DNA of 64,000 nucleotides from Azolla caroliniana (Eukaryota; Plantae; Polypodiophyta): NCBI GenBank assembly GCA_043228905.1, contig JBHGNT010000009.1:16306001-16370000 (forward strand), read 5' to 3'. Positions 25,711-37,080 of the stretch are shown here, one piece after another. The notes beneath the pieces are model-generated. The model had not been told where the DNA came from. It saw only the letters and a list, made by a program, of their open reading frames with translations, and did not search any database. Each line of letters begins with the position of its first letter. Position 1 is the first letter of the stretch. Both the position numbers and the translations under genes were made by a program.

Positions 25711-26911
25711 TTATGTGATTGGTGGTGGGAACAACCATACTGGTGGCGCTAAGCACCATTTAGGTCTTGAATTTTGTATTGTGAGAAAAGGGGTCTTCTT
25801 CCAATAGACAATAAATTCGAGACGTTGCAACACTGCAACATCTGTCTCACCTTTAATATCCTCATACTATCCTTTCAAGGTATGTACCATCTCCATCCAG
25901 ACATTCCGTGTACTTTCCACTGGATGAATAGTAGTATTACCAAACACCTTAGAACACCTAGCAGTCCAAATAAACCACATTGTGGTGGTGCATAGTAGCT
26001 CCCATACCTCTTGCATTGTCTTTAACATGTAAGGAGCCTCCATTTGACTTTGTTGCACCGCCATTATCCTTCCTCTTTGAATTCTAATAATCGTGTCATT
26101 TGGGCATGCATCATATGGCCACACCACTTGTGCCACTGTGGCCCATACTACCATACCCCACGAAAAACTGCAATCCCTAAACATAAAGGCAAGAACTCGG
26201 AACACTCGCCTCCAAACTTGCTGTGCAGCATGACATTCCCACAAGCAATGTTTCAATGTCTCCATCTGACAACAACAATAGATGCATGCGGTCGGTGCAG
26301 CTGATTGTTGCAACCATTGGCCAATTGGCAATGCTCTATGTATTACTAACCATTGGAAGACATTTATTTTCATATCTTGCTTCCTTTTCCATAATGTTCC
26401 CCAAAACTTTGTTAGGAATTCCGATGTGATCCCTTGGTGGTTCCAAAATTGACTAGCTCGTGGTGTAGTCCTACGTTGAGCTGCCAAAATGTGTCGTCCC
26501 ATCTTAACTGAATACTGAAAAAAACCATACCTTTTTCCCATACGATCAAACGGATCTTTCCACCAAAATTCTCCCGGATCCCATTGCAACCTTATCAAAG
26601 GTTTCTTTTCAAAAACTCTCAGTTTCCAATGCTCCTTGACCGCCTCAACTTGTGGGTCGATGAGCCACTTAGATCCGTCATAAGCAAGGACCCTTATTTT
26701 AGAAAATGTAGCATATTGCAAGATCTCTGTTTGTATCGTTGCACTACTTATACTGCCATCTTCCTCCACCTCATAGTCTTGACATCGTCCGCAAGACAAA
26801 TGTCCCCTTACCCCCACTAGCACTTGAAGCCTCGTAAATGCTCCTTCCCACTTGGGAGGGTTAAAGGACCATATCGTAACATCAGAGTGCCCCAAAACTG
26901 ACTGCACTTGG
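25711..26911 (-). pseudogene. LINE ORF2 C-terminal part (zf-RVT cysteine-rich domain)
   Basis: KINVFQWLVIHRALP...CIYCCCQMETLKHCLWEC...VW; in frame with WDQ at 33934 once the gypsy is removed; internal TAG at 25867, natural stop at 25711. Confidence 0.85.
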
Positions 26912-27366
26912 TATTATAAATCATAGTACTAATGTAAGCTTAAGATAAGGATAATGAAAATATAGATAGAAAGGAGAAAGAGAAAGAAGGGTGCCGATCC
27001 ACCCGACCACCCCCGAGCGAAGGGATCGAGACGGACTCGAGCCTCGATCGGCGTCCCATACCACCACCGTGGCGTCGAGTCGTACCTGGTGCTGGCGCGC
27101 TCGCTACAAGAGTTGACCCACCACACGAGCAGAGTCTCGATGTAGTCAAAAGATGATCAAATGAGGGTAGCTAGGCCTCTTATTTATAGCGATACCCAAG
27201 GCCCCCAGGCAAGTTCACACTTGACCTAATGGGTTGCCTCAATCCCGAGGATTAAAAGTAATCCTCCCCTTCTTTACACTCTCATTTAACCCTCACACTT
27301 ATCCACGTGTATAGAATACTACGGTAAATTCTTACCACGGGATATTATATGGTCATGCCCGCAACA
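26912..27366 (-). repeat. 3' LTR of the young chromovirus
   Basis: Near-identical to 33475-33929; TG...TA termini on the element strand. Confidence 0.95.
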
Positions 27367-30300
27367 TACTCCCCCTCTTTAAAACATTGCACTCTTGCAA
27401 TGGAAAGTTAGGGAAGTTAGTTCTAAGAGTATTTTCGCGTTCCCATGTGGCATCTTTTATTGATTTATCCATCCATTTTATTTTGAATTCTCGGATTTCT
27501 TTAGTACGTAATTTTTTTGTTTTAACATCGAGAATTCTTTCTGGTACATGTGGTTTAGAAGATAATTCTTCAGAAGTAACCAGAGTTTCAGTCGTAACTG
27601 TATTGTCGCCAGAACCTAGAAGTTCTTTTAGACGACTCACATGAAAGACTGGATGAATTCCGACACCATCGGGAAGAGCGAGACGATAGGCTGATGACCC
27701 AATGCGTTTGAGGACTGTAAAAGGTCCACAAAACCGTGGGGCTAACTTAGCGCACTTACCCGTAGACAATGTCTTAGAATTGTGAGGTACACGTAAAAAT
27801 ACCTTCTGTCCAGGGTTGAATACACGAGGTTGCCTATGATGATCGGCATAAAAACGCGCTCTATCTTGAGCTGTTTTTATATTATCTCGTGCAATATGCA
27901 ACATATCTTGCATATCCCGAAGAAAGTTTTGCGTACTTCGCAACTCATCATGATGTATAGTAACATCAATCGGGGCTCGTGGCTGAAAACCATACATCAA
28001 CATAAAAGGACTATATCCCGTCGACGTATGCTTGGAGCTGTTATAAGCAAACTCCAAAATTGGGAGATAACGTTCCCATTTTGTTGGTTTTGCACCAACG
28101 TATGCTCGAAGCATGTCCTCAATAATTTGATTTACTCGTTCTGTCTGTCCATCAGATTGAGGATGATCCGTGGAGCTCATGCTCAACGTAGTTTCTAACT
28201 TCTTAAAGACTTGTGTCCAAAAGTCACTAGTAAACTTTGGATCTCGATCACTCACGATATCCATCGGTAACCCATAAAAACGAAACAATTCGTCAACGAA
28301 TTGGTAAGCCAATTCAGGAGCTGTTACCGTGGTTTTAGTAGCAATAAATCTGGCCATTTTAGTTAGTCGATCAACGACAACCCAGATGGCATCATGACCT
28401 TTTTGGGTGCGAGGAAGGCTAACAATAAAATCCATGGATATACTTTCCCACTTATTATTGGGAATGTCCAAGGGATGTAAAAGTCCTGCGGCTTTAAGTC
28501 GCTCGGCTTTGTTAACCTGGCACTGGTGACATTTAGTCACATAGCTATGTATGTCAGGACGCATCTTAGGCCAATAAAATTGAGTGGAGATGAGAACGAG
28601 TGTACGATGTATTCCAGGGTGCCCTGCTGAGGGTGCATCATGGCATTCAAAAAGAATCCTCTTTTTGACCTCGGGTAAATCTGGAACACAAACCTTCCCA
28701 TTATGGTAGAGCAAACCGTTAGCAATGTGGAAGTATTCCTTCGAGGATGTGGTGGTGTCTGTTCCAGACTCAACTCTTGCCCAGTATTTTGCGAAATAAT
28801 TGTCATCAGGATACTTTCCTCGAAGGTGATCATAAAGATCTGATGATATTTCAGTGAAGCTAAGCGTGTTAACTTCACGGATGCGACTTAGTGCATCAGC
28901 GACAGTGTTCATGGAACCTTTACGATATCGTATGGAAAAATCAAAGTCCTGGATGAGATCAGCCCATCGTGCCTTACGACCTTTCAGGTCTTGTTGGTCA
29001 CAAAAATATTTCAAGGACTCGTGGTCCGTAGTTACCACAAAGTGATTTCCATAAAGATAATGGCGCCATGTTTTGAGCGCATGTATAACTGCAAATAATT
29101 CCTTTTCTTGAACGGTATACCGACATTGAGCAGAATCAAGTTTCTTACTCTCGAATGCTATTGGTTTACCATCTTGATACAAGACAGCACCTATAGCGTA
29201 ATCGCTGGCATCGGTTTCAACCTCAAAAGGTTTTGAAGGATCGGGTAAAAGAAGTGAAGGAGCCTTGCAAACCAGGTCCTTGAGTTCCTTAAAGGCAAGG
29301 TCTAGTGTAGCATTCCACACAATAGGTTTTGTAGACTTACGCGTTTGACCTTTTAAAAGATCAGTAAACGGCATCGTCAATTGGGAGTAATTACGAAGAG
29401 ACTTTCGCAAAAACCCCACAAAACCAAGGAATGATCGAACTTCTCGAATATTCCGAAGAGTGGGCCAAAGCTTGATTTTCTCAATGCGAGAAGGATCAAT
29501 TTCAACTCCTCGTTCGGTTATGAGATGTCCTAGATAAGTAATTGATTTCTTGAAGAACTCACATTTTGAGATCTTCGCATAAAACTGTTTGTCACGCAAT
29601 GTTTGTAAAACAAAGCGGACATGTCTAGCATGTTCTTGTAATGTACGGCTATAAACTAAAATATCATCCAAGAAAATAACGACAAATTTTCCAAGTTGTT
29701 CTCGGAAAATGTCATTCATTTCTTGTTGAAAAGTAGCCGGAGCATTGGTCAAACCAAAAGGCATAACCAAAAACTCGTAATGGCCATAGCGCGTACGAAA
29801 TGCCGTTTTAGGAACATCGTCCTCACTTATTCGTATTTGATGGTAGCCAGTACGGAGATCAAGTTTCGTAAAATACCGAGCTCCCTGGAGACGGTCAATT
29901 AGATCGTCAGCCCGGGGCAATGGATACGAATTCTTGATCGTCACTTTATTCAAGCGTCGGTAATTAATACACATACGCCATGTGCCCTCTTTCTTTTTAA
30001 CCAAGAGAACTGGTGCACCCCATGGAGATTTACTATAACATATATAACCCATTCGTAAATAGTCCTTGAGTTGCTTAGATACCTCATCTTCTTCGGATCG
30101 ACTTAAGCGATACGGAGGTATACTTATTGGTGCAACACCAGGTACAATATCTATACGATGGTCTATATTACGTTTAGGAGGTAACCCATCAAGTAGTTCA
30201 CTTGGAAAAACATCATGAAAATCATTTAAGATTTCATCAAGTTGTTGTTGTTCAAAATATGTTAATTGAATCGGGACATTATCGATATTGTAAACGTGAA

Positions 30301-31786
30301 TGTCCGGATCAAGTACACAATAAAATAACGTAGAACAAGACAACTCGGATATTGATGGACACGAGGAAACAATCGAGAGGGATTGTTTTTTTACACATTG
30401 AATAAAATGCGTACAATCGTTCAGTACAAAAGAAATGGAATGATGAACCCAATCAATAAATAAAGAAGAGTTTTTATTATAAAACCAGGGATAACCCAGT
30501 ATTACATCGGTGGTACAAAGATTCATTACATGGAAGTCTACTTCCTCTATATAAGTATCAATAGAAATTCCTAATGAATGAATCGCCCCGTTGATGTATT
30601 GTACTCTTCCATCAGCCAAGTGCACCGTGTAGGTGTGATCACTTACGGTGGGTTGGATTCCCCATATCTGAACCAAACGATCATTCACAAAATTGTGTGA
30701 GCTTCCCGAATCAAATAAAAATTGTACGGGAGATCCATTGATATACCCGTTTGCACGTAGTAAATCATTGGGACCCAATACATAGTGAGGGAAAGAACAT
30801 TGACAATTACTTAAATGATGTGTATAGACCTGAAGGACATTAGGAATCTGACCTTTATGGTCTGCAGCTTTAGCTTTGTTGTCGTGCTCTTTCCGTTGGA
30901 GCTTTCGACATTGATCTTTTGTATGACCCTTCTTTTTGCAGAATACACAAAAAGGATGTTGTCGCTTACAATCGCGATCCAGGAATTCGTTGGGTGTCTT
31001 GCGTTTCCCAACAAATTGCAACTGCTTAGTCCCGGGCGCTTCGTTGGGTTTGTTATGGTCCTTCTTCGAAGTGCGTTGATAGCGAAGAACTATTTCAACG
31101 GCCTCTTCGAAGGATTTTGGATCCTTATCGTGCACTATCCAGTGATAGTCCGAATTGGGGATGCCATTGACAAAACAAGCTATCAACCAATTGTCCCCTT
31201 CTAGACCCGATTTTTGGATTTGGGTTCTAGCATGGTGAACATAGTCCTCTAGCGAGGAAAATTTCCTGCTAGAGAGGTTCATTAAAGCTTGTGCTGCCTC
31301 GGTTCGAGAGGGAGGTTGCAGAAATTGGCCCTTAAAAACCGTGACAAAATCTGTCCAGGTATCGGGCAATTTCCCCATAGTACGGAGGCCACGCCACCAG
31401 GCGGCGGCCTTACCCCCGAGTTCTCGGCCGACATATGCAATCTTCGTACTATCTGGCGTGGGATAGAGCTCAAAATGAGACTCCCATCGTCCCAGCCATG
31501 TGCAGATTGCTTCTTCGGTTCTTTCCTTTTTGTCTCCCGTAAATGGCTTAACGACAAATGATGGTTCACCTTGTCGCTCATCAGGTCTATTAGTCTCACG
31601 TTGTAGACTAATGACACGTGCCTCAAGAGCACTCTGAGATTGCCGAAGTTCGGTCATCTGTTGAGCGGTGAAACTAAGGTATTGGGTTATTTGTGCCAAA
31701 TACATCTCAGTGGACATTTGTCCAGGAGGATTCCCTTGAGTTCCTTCCGCTTGAGCGGATGACATCGGGTCGTTAATTTGAGCCAT
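27353..31786 (-). CDS. Gag-Pol polyprotein (gag, protease, RT, RNase H, integrase, chromodomain), 1477 aa
   Basis: CCHC knuckle [14 protein letters not shown]; [10 protein letters not shown]; [25 protein letters not shown]; [15 protein letters not shown]; HHCC zinc finger plus MDFI / SDRD / QTER; GPF motif; chromodomain PERILD...FKIKW...DATWE. Confidence 0.96.
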   Translation of the reverse strand: MAQINDPMSSAQAEGTQGNPPGQMSTEMYLAQITQYLSFTAQQMTELRQSQSALEARVISLQRETNRPDERQGEPSFVVKPFTGDKKERTEEAICTWLGRWESHFELYPTPDSTKIAYVGRELGGKAAAWWRGLRTMGKLPDTWTDFVTVFKGQFLQPPSRTEAAQALMNLSSRKFSSLEDYVHHARTQIQKSGLEGDNWLIACFVNGIPNSDYHWIVHDKDPKSFEEAVEIVLRYQRTSKKDHNKPNEAPGTKQLQFVGKRKTPNEFLDRDCKRQHPFCVFCKKKGHTKDQCRKLQRKEHDNKAKAADHKGQIPNVLQVYTHHLSNCQCSFPHYVLGPNDLLRANGYINGSPVQFLFDSGSSHNFVNDRLVQIWGIQPTVSDHTYTVHLADGRVQYINGAIHSLGISIDTYIEEVDFHVMNLCTTDVILGYPWFYNKNSSLFIDWVHHSISFVLNDCTHFIQCVKKQSLSIVSSCPSISELSCSTLFYCVLDPDIHVYNIDNVPIQLTYFEQQQLDEILNDFHDVFPSELLDGLPPKRNIDHRIDIVPGVAPISIPPYRLSRSEEDEVSKQLKDYLRMGYICYSKSPWGAPVLLVKKKEGTWRMCINYRRLNKVTIKNSYPLPRADDLIDRLQGARYFTKLDLRTGYHQIRISEDDVPKTAFRTRYGHYEFLVMPFGLTNAPATFQQEMNDIFREQLGKFVVIFLDDILVYSRTLQEHARHVRFVLQTLRDKQFYAKISKCEFFKKSITYLGHLITERGVEIDPSRIEKIKLWPTLRNIREVRSFLGFVGFLRKSLRNYSQLTMPFTDLLKGQTRKSTKPIVWNATLDLAFKELKDLVCKAPSLLLPDPSKPFEVETDASDYAIGAVLYQDGKPIAFESKKLDSAQCRYTVQEKELFAVIHALKTWRHYLYGNHFVVTTDHESLKYFCDQQDLKGRKARWADLIQDFDFSIRYRKGSMNTVADALSRIREVNTLSFTEISSDLYDHLRGKYPDDNYFAKYWARVESGTDTTTSSKEYFHIANGLLYHNGKVCVPDLPEVKKRILFECHDAPSAGHPGIHRTLVLISTQFYWPKMRPDIHSYVTKCHQCQVNKAERLKAAGLLHPLDIPNNKWESISMDFIVSLPRTQKGHDAIWVVVDRLTKMARFIATKTTVTAPELAYQFVDELFRFYGLPMDIVSDRDPKFTSDFWTQVFKKLETTLSMSSTDHPQSDGQTERVNQIIEDMLRAYVGAKPTKWERYLPILEFAYNSSKHTSTGYSPFMLMYGFQPRAPIDVTIHHDELRSTQNFLRDMQDMLHIARDNIKTAQDRARFYADHHRQPRVFNPGQKVFLRVPHNSKTLSTGKCAKLAPRFCGPFTVLKRIGSSAYRLALPDGVGIHPVFHVSRLKELLGSGDNTVTTETLVTSEELSSKPHVPERILDVKTKKLRTKEIREFKIKWMDKSIKDATWERENTLRTNFPNFPLQECNVLKRGSMLRA

Positions 31787-32964
31787 TTAAGATTATTTCT
31801 GGAAAAGAAATAGGATAAGGTCAGAGATATAGTCATAACATCTTGTCGTGATGTAAACATATCATGGGCGAGCATTAATCGATATCATTATCTCACGTCA
31901 ATACCCCTCTAGACGTATGAGATGAGGTTCAAGATCAGGTTACTATGGTGACACAAAGGTGTTTTAAAAACCATGGGGGTGACAAATAAATGTCTTTCCC
32001 TGATCTCTATATCGATTTTTTCATGGTGGCTCCCCGAGGCTCAACCATGTATGTTCGCGTCATGAATAGTTTATACACGAAAAAAATGTTAATAATAAAC
32101 TATGTTTCGGTGCCCACATATGTGGTTTCGGCTCTTTAAGTCCTATTACGAGGACCCCGAGGTGCACTTAGACCTTAAGTCTAAACATGTGTTATAGTCA
32201 TATGTATCAAGGATGTTGTATGGTCTTGGTCATATTTGAACTCGAGACCTCGAGAACAAATACATTAAACACTTGAGCCAACCAAGTAAGTTGCTCTTCT
32301 CGAATGCTTAATGTTTGATGCGTATAAGAGATATGCGAGGCAATTGATCATATATGTTTTTTTAAAAGAACATATATGTCAAGGGTCCTTATTTCGCCCT
32401 CATTTACTAAAACTATGTTGGTACGTTACCTAACCTCAAGTCTCGTAATTACGATGGCATACGCCAAAGTGCAACCTAATGGTGAAGCCAAATGAGCCCT
32501 TGTTTCGTAGTAGGCTCACGTGGGCCATCACATGGTCACGTCATTACGAATGCCTCTCGTAAGAACGAGCTCATGGTGGCATCGTATCCATGTAACGAGG
32601 GAGGGATGTTGGATACGCGCGTCATTGGAGCGACCTCACTTGAAGTGGGTCAAGCCCTACGTACTCAACATCATTATGGCTATTGCGTTTCTTTACGTAA
32701 CGAAATCGAGGTCATCAACGGGGTTGTCAACAATAAAAAATTGTTGAAAAAGGAATGGTGACAACGCCATTCTCACAAAAATGTGAGGACGGCCACCAAC
32801 ATCCTTTTCCCGACCATGACAACTTTCGACATAATCACGTAATAACGAATATACACATATGTTTACTTTTCACATATATACGATCAAATACGTATATATG
32901 TGACCACATATGCCTATATTAAACATATCGTTATATTAAATAGCCACAAATGATGTGATCGAGA

Positions 32965-33222
32965 TACGTAATCGAGGCATATACCTCTACGCACACGAAA
33001 CATCCACAAATAAGAGATCATCGTAATACGCAATGGAGGTATTGACCTCTTACGCATACGAGACCAAACGCATATCGTTTACAACAAATTAAGGTATTAA
33101 ACTCATACGCAAACGTAACATATGTTCGTGAACGTAATACGTAATTGAGGTATTAACCTCGTACGCATACGACACTCATCACATATTATTAATATGTCAA
33201 ACGAGGTATTGACCTCGTGCAC
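32965..33222 (-). repeat. Array of five regularly spaced hairpin repeats in the 5' leader
   Basis: Core GAGGTATTRACCTC or a variant at 32974, 33036, 33091, 33147 and 33203 (spacing 62, 55, 56, 56) with dissimilar sequence between copies. Confidence 0.8.
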
Positions 33223-33474
33223 ATATGTAAACGTTTTAGATAATCAATTAAAGACCACTACAACATCATTGATTTAATGAAAAAAATTACATATAAACTA
33301 AACACATGATTAGATGGGAGAAGAGAGAATAAAGAAAAAAAAATATGGAAAGAGTTACCGAAGTTCTTTGTTGATCGTTGTCTGGATCAAGGCCAACCGC
33401 ACAATGATCGATCAGCATCAATCAAAAGACAAATGAAAAACAAAGAAACATTAGTAAAAAAATCTGATACCAAA

Positions 33475-33929
33475 TATTATAAATCATAGTACTAATGTAA
33501 GCTTAAGATAAGGATAATGAAAATATAGATAGAAAGGAGAAAGAGAAAGAAGGGTGCCGATCCACCCGACCACCCCCGAGCGAAGGGATCGAGACGGACT
33601 CGAGCCTCGATCGGCGTCCCATACCACCACCGTGGCGTCGAGTCGTACCTGGTGCTGGCGCGCTCGCTACAAGAGTTGACCCACCACACGAGCAGAGTCT
33701 CGATGTAGTCAAAAGATGATCAAATGAGGGTAGCTAGGCCTCTTATTTATAGCGATACCCAAGGCCCCCAGGCAAGTTCACACTTGACCTAATGGGTTGT
33801 CTCAATCCCGAGGATTAAAAGTAATCCTCCCCTTCTTTACACTCTCATTTAACCCTCACACTTATCCACGTGTATAGAATACTACGGTAAATTCTTACCA
33901 CGGGATATTATATGGTCATGCCCGCAACA
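33475..33929 (-). repeat. 5' LTR of the young chromovirus
   Basis: Adjacent to the PBS; TATA box CTATAAATAAG on the minus strand near 33742-33752. Confidence 0.95.
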
Positions 33930-36900
33930 CTTGGTCCCACATAATCAGCCCCCCTCTCAAGGAAGACAAGAATTCTGATCTGTCATTTATATTCAGAGTA
34001 TGAAATGATTTCCATGCATCAACGGACGCTCCTAGCCCTACATCGAGCTTGGCCCAATCCAATCGCGTTCGGGACCCCAACATGTGCCCTGATGGCAAAC
34101 GCATATTCGGATTCCACACTAAGTTTTGTCTCAAGTATTCCTCCTCACATGTTGGTACACCATGTTCCTACCCTTTATGTACATGCTCCCATGCTCGTAG
34201 AAGACCATTAAAAAATTTGTCTTCCCAATTCCTAGACATAACATGTTTCTTGTCTGGTATAAAAATCCACCTTATGCTATCAGCCCATAATCCACCCATC
34301 GACGGAGCACAACTATACAATCTTTGCATAAGTAATTGCTTCCAAGGAGCATGTCCTGGTAAAAGGCCACGAATTATTAGTTTTGCTAACAAGGCCATGC
34401 ATTGGTCTAATGGATCTATAATCCCCAAACCACCGTATTGTTTTGGGGTTATCAATGTACTCCAAGCCACCTTCGCTCTTACATGACTCTTATCTTCCCC
34501 AGCCCATATAAAATTCCTAACCAGCCTTCGAATTTGTCCAATGCACGATTTTGAAAAGATCCAAGATGAGGCTATATACCACACCGTAGATAGTAGCACA
34601 TGGTTGGCAACTATCACTCTACCGGCCAAAGATAGTTTAGCATGACTCCACAAGAATAATTTTTTCCTCAAAGTTAATAGTAATGGTGCAGCATGTAATT
34701 CTGGAACCAAATCAATCCCAACCTGCACTCCAAGATATCGAACCGCAACTCCTCTTTGAGTCCATTGGAAAGTATGATGCGGTGCCCAACAAGGCGGCGG
34801 CTCCTTGCTTACCCAAAATGCAACAGTTTTCTCCCAATTTAACTTAGCTCCAGCCGCTATACAAAACTGTGACAAAGCCCCTTGTACTTGTTGCAAATTC
34901 GTTAGAGTCCCATCCACATATAATGCAGTGTCATCTGCAAATTCCGAGTCCAATATATCTTGTCCATGCATTGGCATTGCCAAACCACGCAAGCCTATAG
35001 ATTGTGATGATATAAATGCATGCATTGCTTCCGCAAACAAAAGGAACAAAAATGGTGCAAGTGGACATCCTTGGCGAACTGATCGAGTAATGTTAAAACG
35101 AGGTCCTACTCCACCTGCCAACAACGCCTGACTGTGTGCATTTCTATAAAGACAAGAAACACCTTTAATCCATGCCGTGTTGAAGCCTAAGTGATGCATA
35201 GTACCTTCCAAAAAATTCCAGTCAACCCTATCATACGCTTTCTCAAAATCTAAAAGCAACACGGCTAGATTTTGTTTGTTTTTTACCGCTACTGCAGTAG
35301 CCTCCCAAAATGTAAAAACATTATCCATAATACTCCTTTCCCTCATAAAACCAGTTTGCGATACATGAATTATCTTTGGTAATACCTCTTGTAACCGAGA
35401 ACTAAGCAACTTTGCAAATAGCTTATAACTAGTATTCAAGAGGGTGATTGGCCTCCACTTACGAATATCTTCTGAAACTCCTTCTGTTTTAGGTATAAGA
35501 TAAATAAGCCCCTCAGATAACGACATGGGCATCTCTCCACTTTCAAACATATGTTGGTAAGCATCTTTTAAGTCTTTCTTCAGTATCCCCCAATATTTCT
35601 TGTAGAATTTAGGTGTAAGTCCATCCACTCCAGGACAACTATTGTCCGATAAAGAGTGTAGCGCTTGTTCCAACTCCAATTCTGTAATAGGTGACAACAA
35701 TGAATCTTGCATTGCTTGAGTAACCTTGGGTTGAATTTCCGCCCAGACCTTCATTCTATTTTGGCTTATCTCCTCAGAGATAGGCTCTTCTGACAAAAGG
35801 GTAGCGTAGAATTTCGTGGCAATTACCCGCACAACATTTGGATCCATTTCAAGTTCGCCATTTTCATTCCGCAAACAACAGGTTACATTAGAGACTCTTT
35901 TGGGGCCTTTAATATTAAAAAATTGTTTTGTACATCTATCCCCAATTTGCGTCCATCTTGAAGCAGAGTTGTGATACCTAAATTGACTACGACATTCTTC
36001 CATATGTTGAACTTGTTTTCGGGCTTCTTCAAGATGTGAAGCTATCCACGCACACTCTGGTCGACCCTGTTGCAATCTTTGCAAAGATATCAATCTTGCC
36101 CTCATCCTTCTTTCCTTCTCCAGATATTCCATATATTCAGATCTTGATTTTAACGCAAAATATTGTGATATCTCCGTCAAAGCACAAGCCACTTTGATTG
36201 TAATGGGAGCATCCATATTATCTTTGTTCTGCCAAATATCTGTCACTTGATTATACCATCTATCATGTAACATTACCTTTTCGGGTATCCTAAATCGTAT
36301 GGACTCCCTTTTCGATTGCCCAAAGGTTCTCAATATAACAGGAGCATGATCAGAGAAAGTTGTGCCTGGCATAATAGTGATATTTCCCCCATTTAAGACA
36401 AAGGCCTCCCCCACATAAAATCTATCCAATCTTGAAAGATTGGTTCCAGCTATTCTCCTATCCGAACGTGAGAAACTCAAGGAATTCTGAGATCTATAAA
36501 CATTAGGCATATGCCATGCATCAAAAATACTCAATTTCAAACACATCCGTTCCCATACTGCTAATTCCTCCCCATGAATTGTTGAAACACTCCCACCTTT
36601 CCTATCCTCTGGGTCCTCAAGCATATTAAAATCCCCTGCAACACACCAATGAGACACATTTGGTAATGCATTTGTAATTTCACACCAAAAGTGTTTCCTA
36701 GCCGATGCATGATTTGGCGCGTAGATATTCAAGTAACCCCAAGTTGTATGTAAATCTTGTAATACAATATATTGTGCTCGTCCTGGCACAATGATCTCTT
36801 TGCATATAATACTTGATTTCCAATGATGTGCAATTGCCATACACACCCCGCCTTGTGTACCACTAGTGCCAATAGCCGGGGACCAAAACATCTCCCAACT

Positions 36901-37080
36901 ACCAGGTAATATAGTGCCATAGTTCCTTATTCTTTGCTCATTCAAATGATGTTCTTGAAACATCATAATGTCCAACGATCCATTCGTGAGACACTTTTGT
37001 AATTCCTGCCTTAACCTACCTCTATATCTTCGGTATAAGGGACCTCCCAAGCCCTGAACATTCCATGTGAGGAGCCTCAT
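33930..37080 (-). pseudogene. LINE ORF2: APE endonuclease and reverse transcriptase
   Basis: Endonuclease motifs TWNVQGL, FQEHH, NIYAPN, GDFN, RLDRFY, SDHAPV; RT motifs PGVDG, WRPITLLN, LDFEKAYDRV, RQGCPLAP, FADD, YLG; premature TAG at 34168 with the frame continuing to the gypsy insertion. Confidence 0.92.

Larger units (their letters stand above)
26912..33929 (-). mobile_element. Young, intact chromoviral Ty3/gypsy LTR retrotransposon
   Basis: 455-bp LTRs at 26912-27366 and 33475-33929 with one visible mismatch; TSD CTTGG at 26907-26911 and 33930-33934; iMet PBS TGGTATCAGA at 33463-33472; PPT AAAGAGGGGGAGTA at 27367-27380; single uninterrupted ORF. Confidence 0.97.

Noticed and set aside
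32965-33222. CRISPR array interpretation of the spaced palindromic repeats
   Set aside because: Eukaryotic retrotransposon context, degenerate repeats, short linkers and no cas genes; kept only as an RNA hairpin array.
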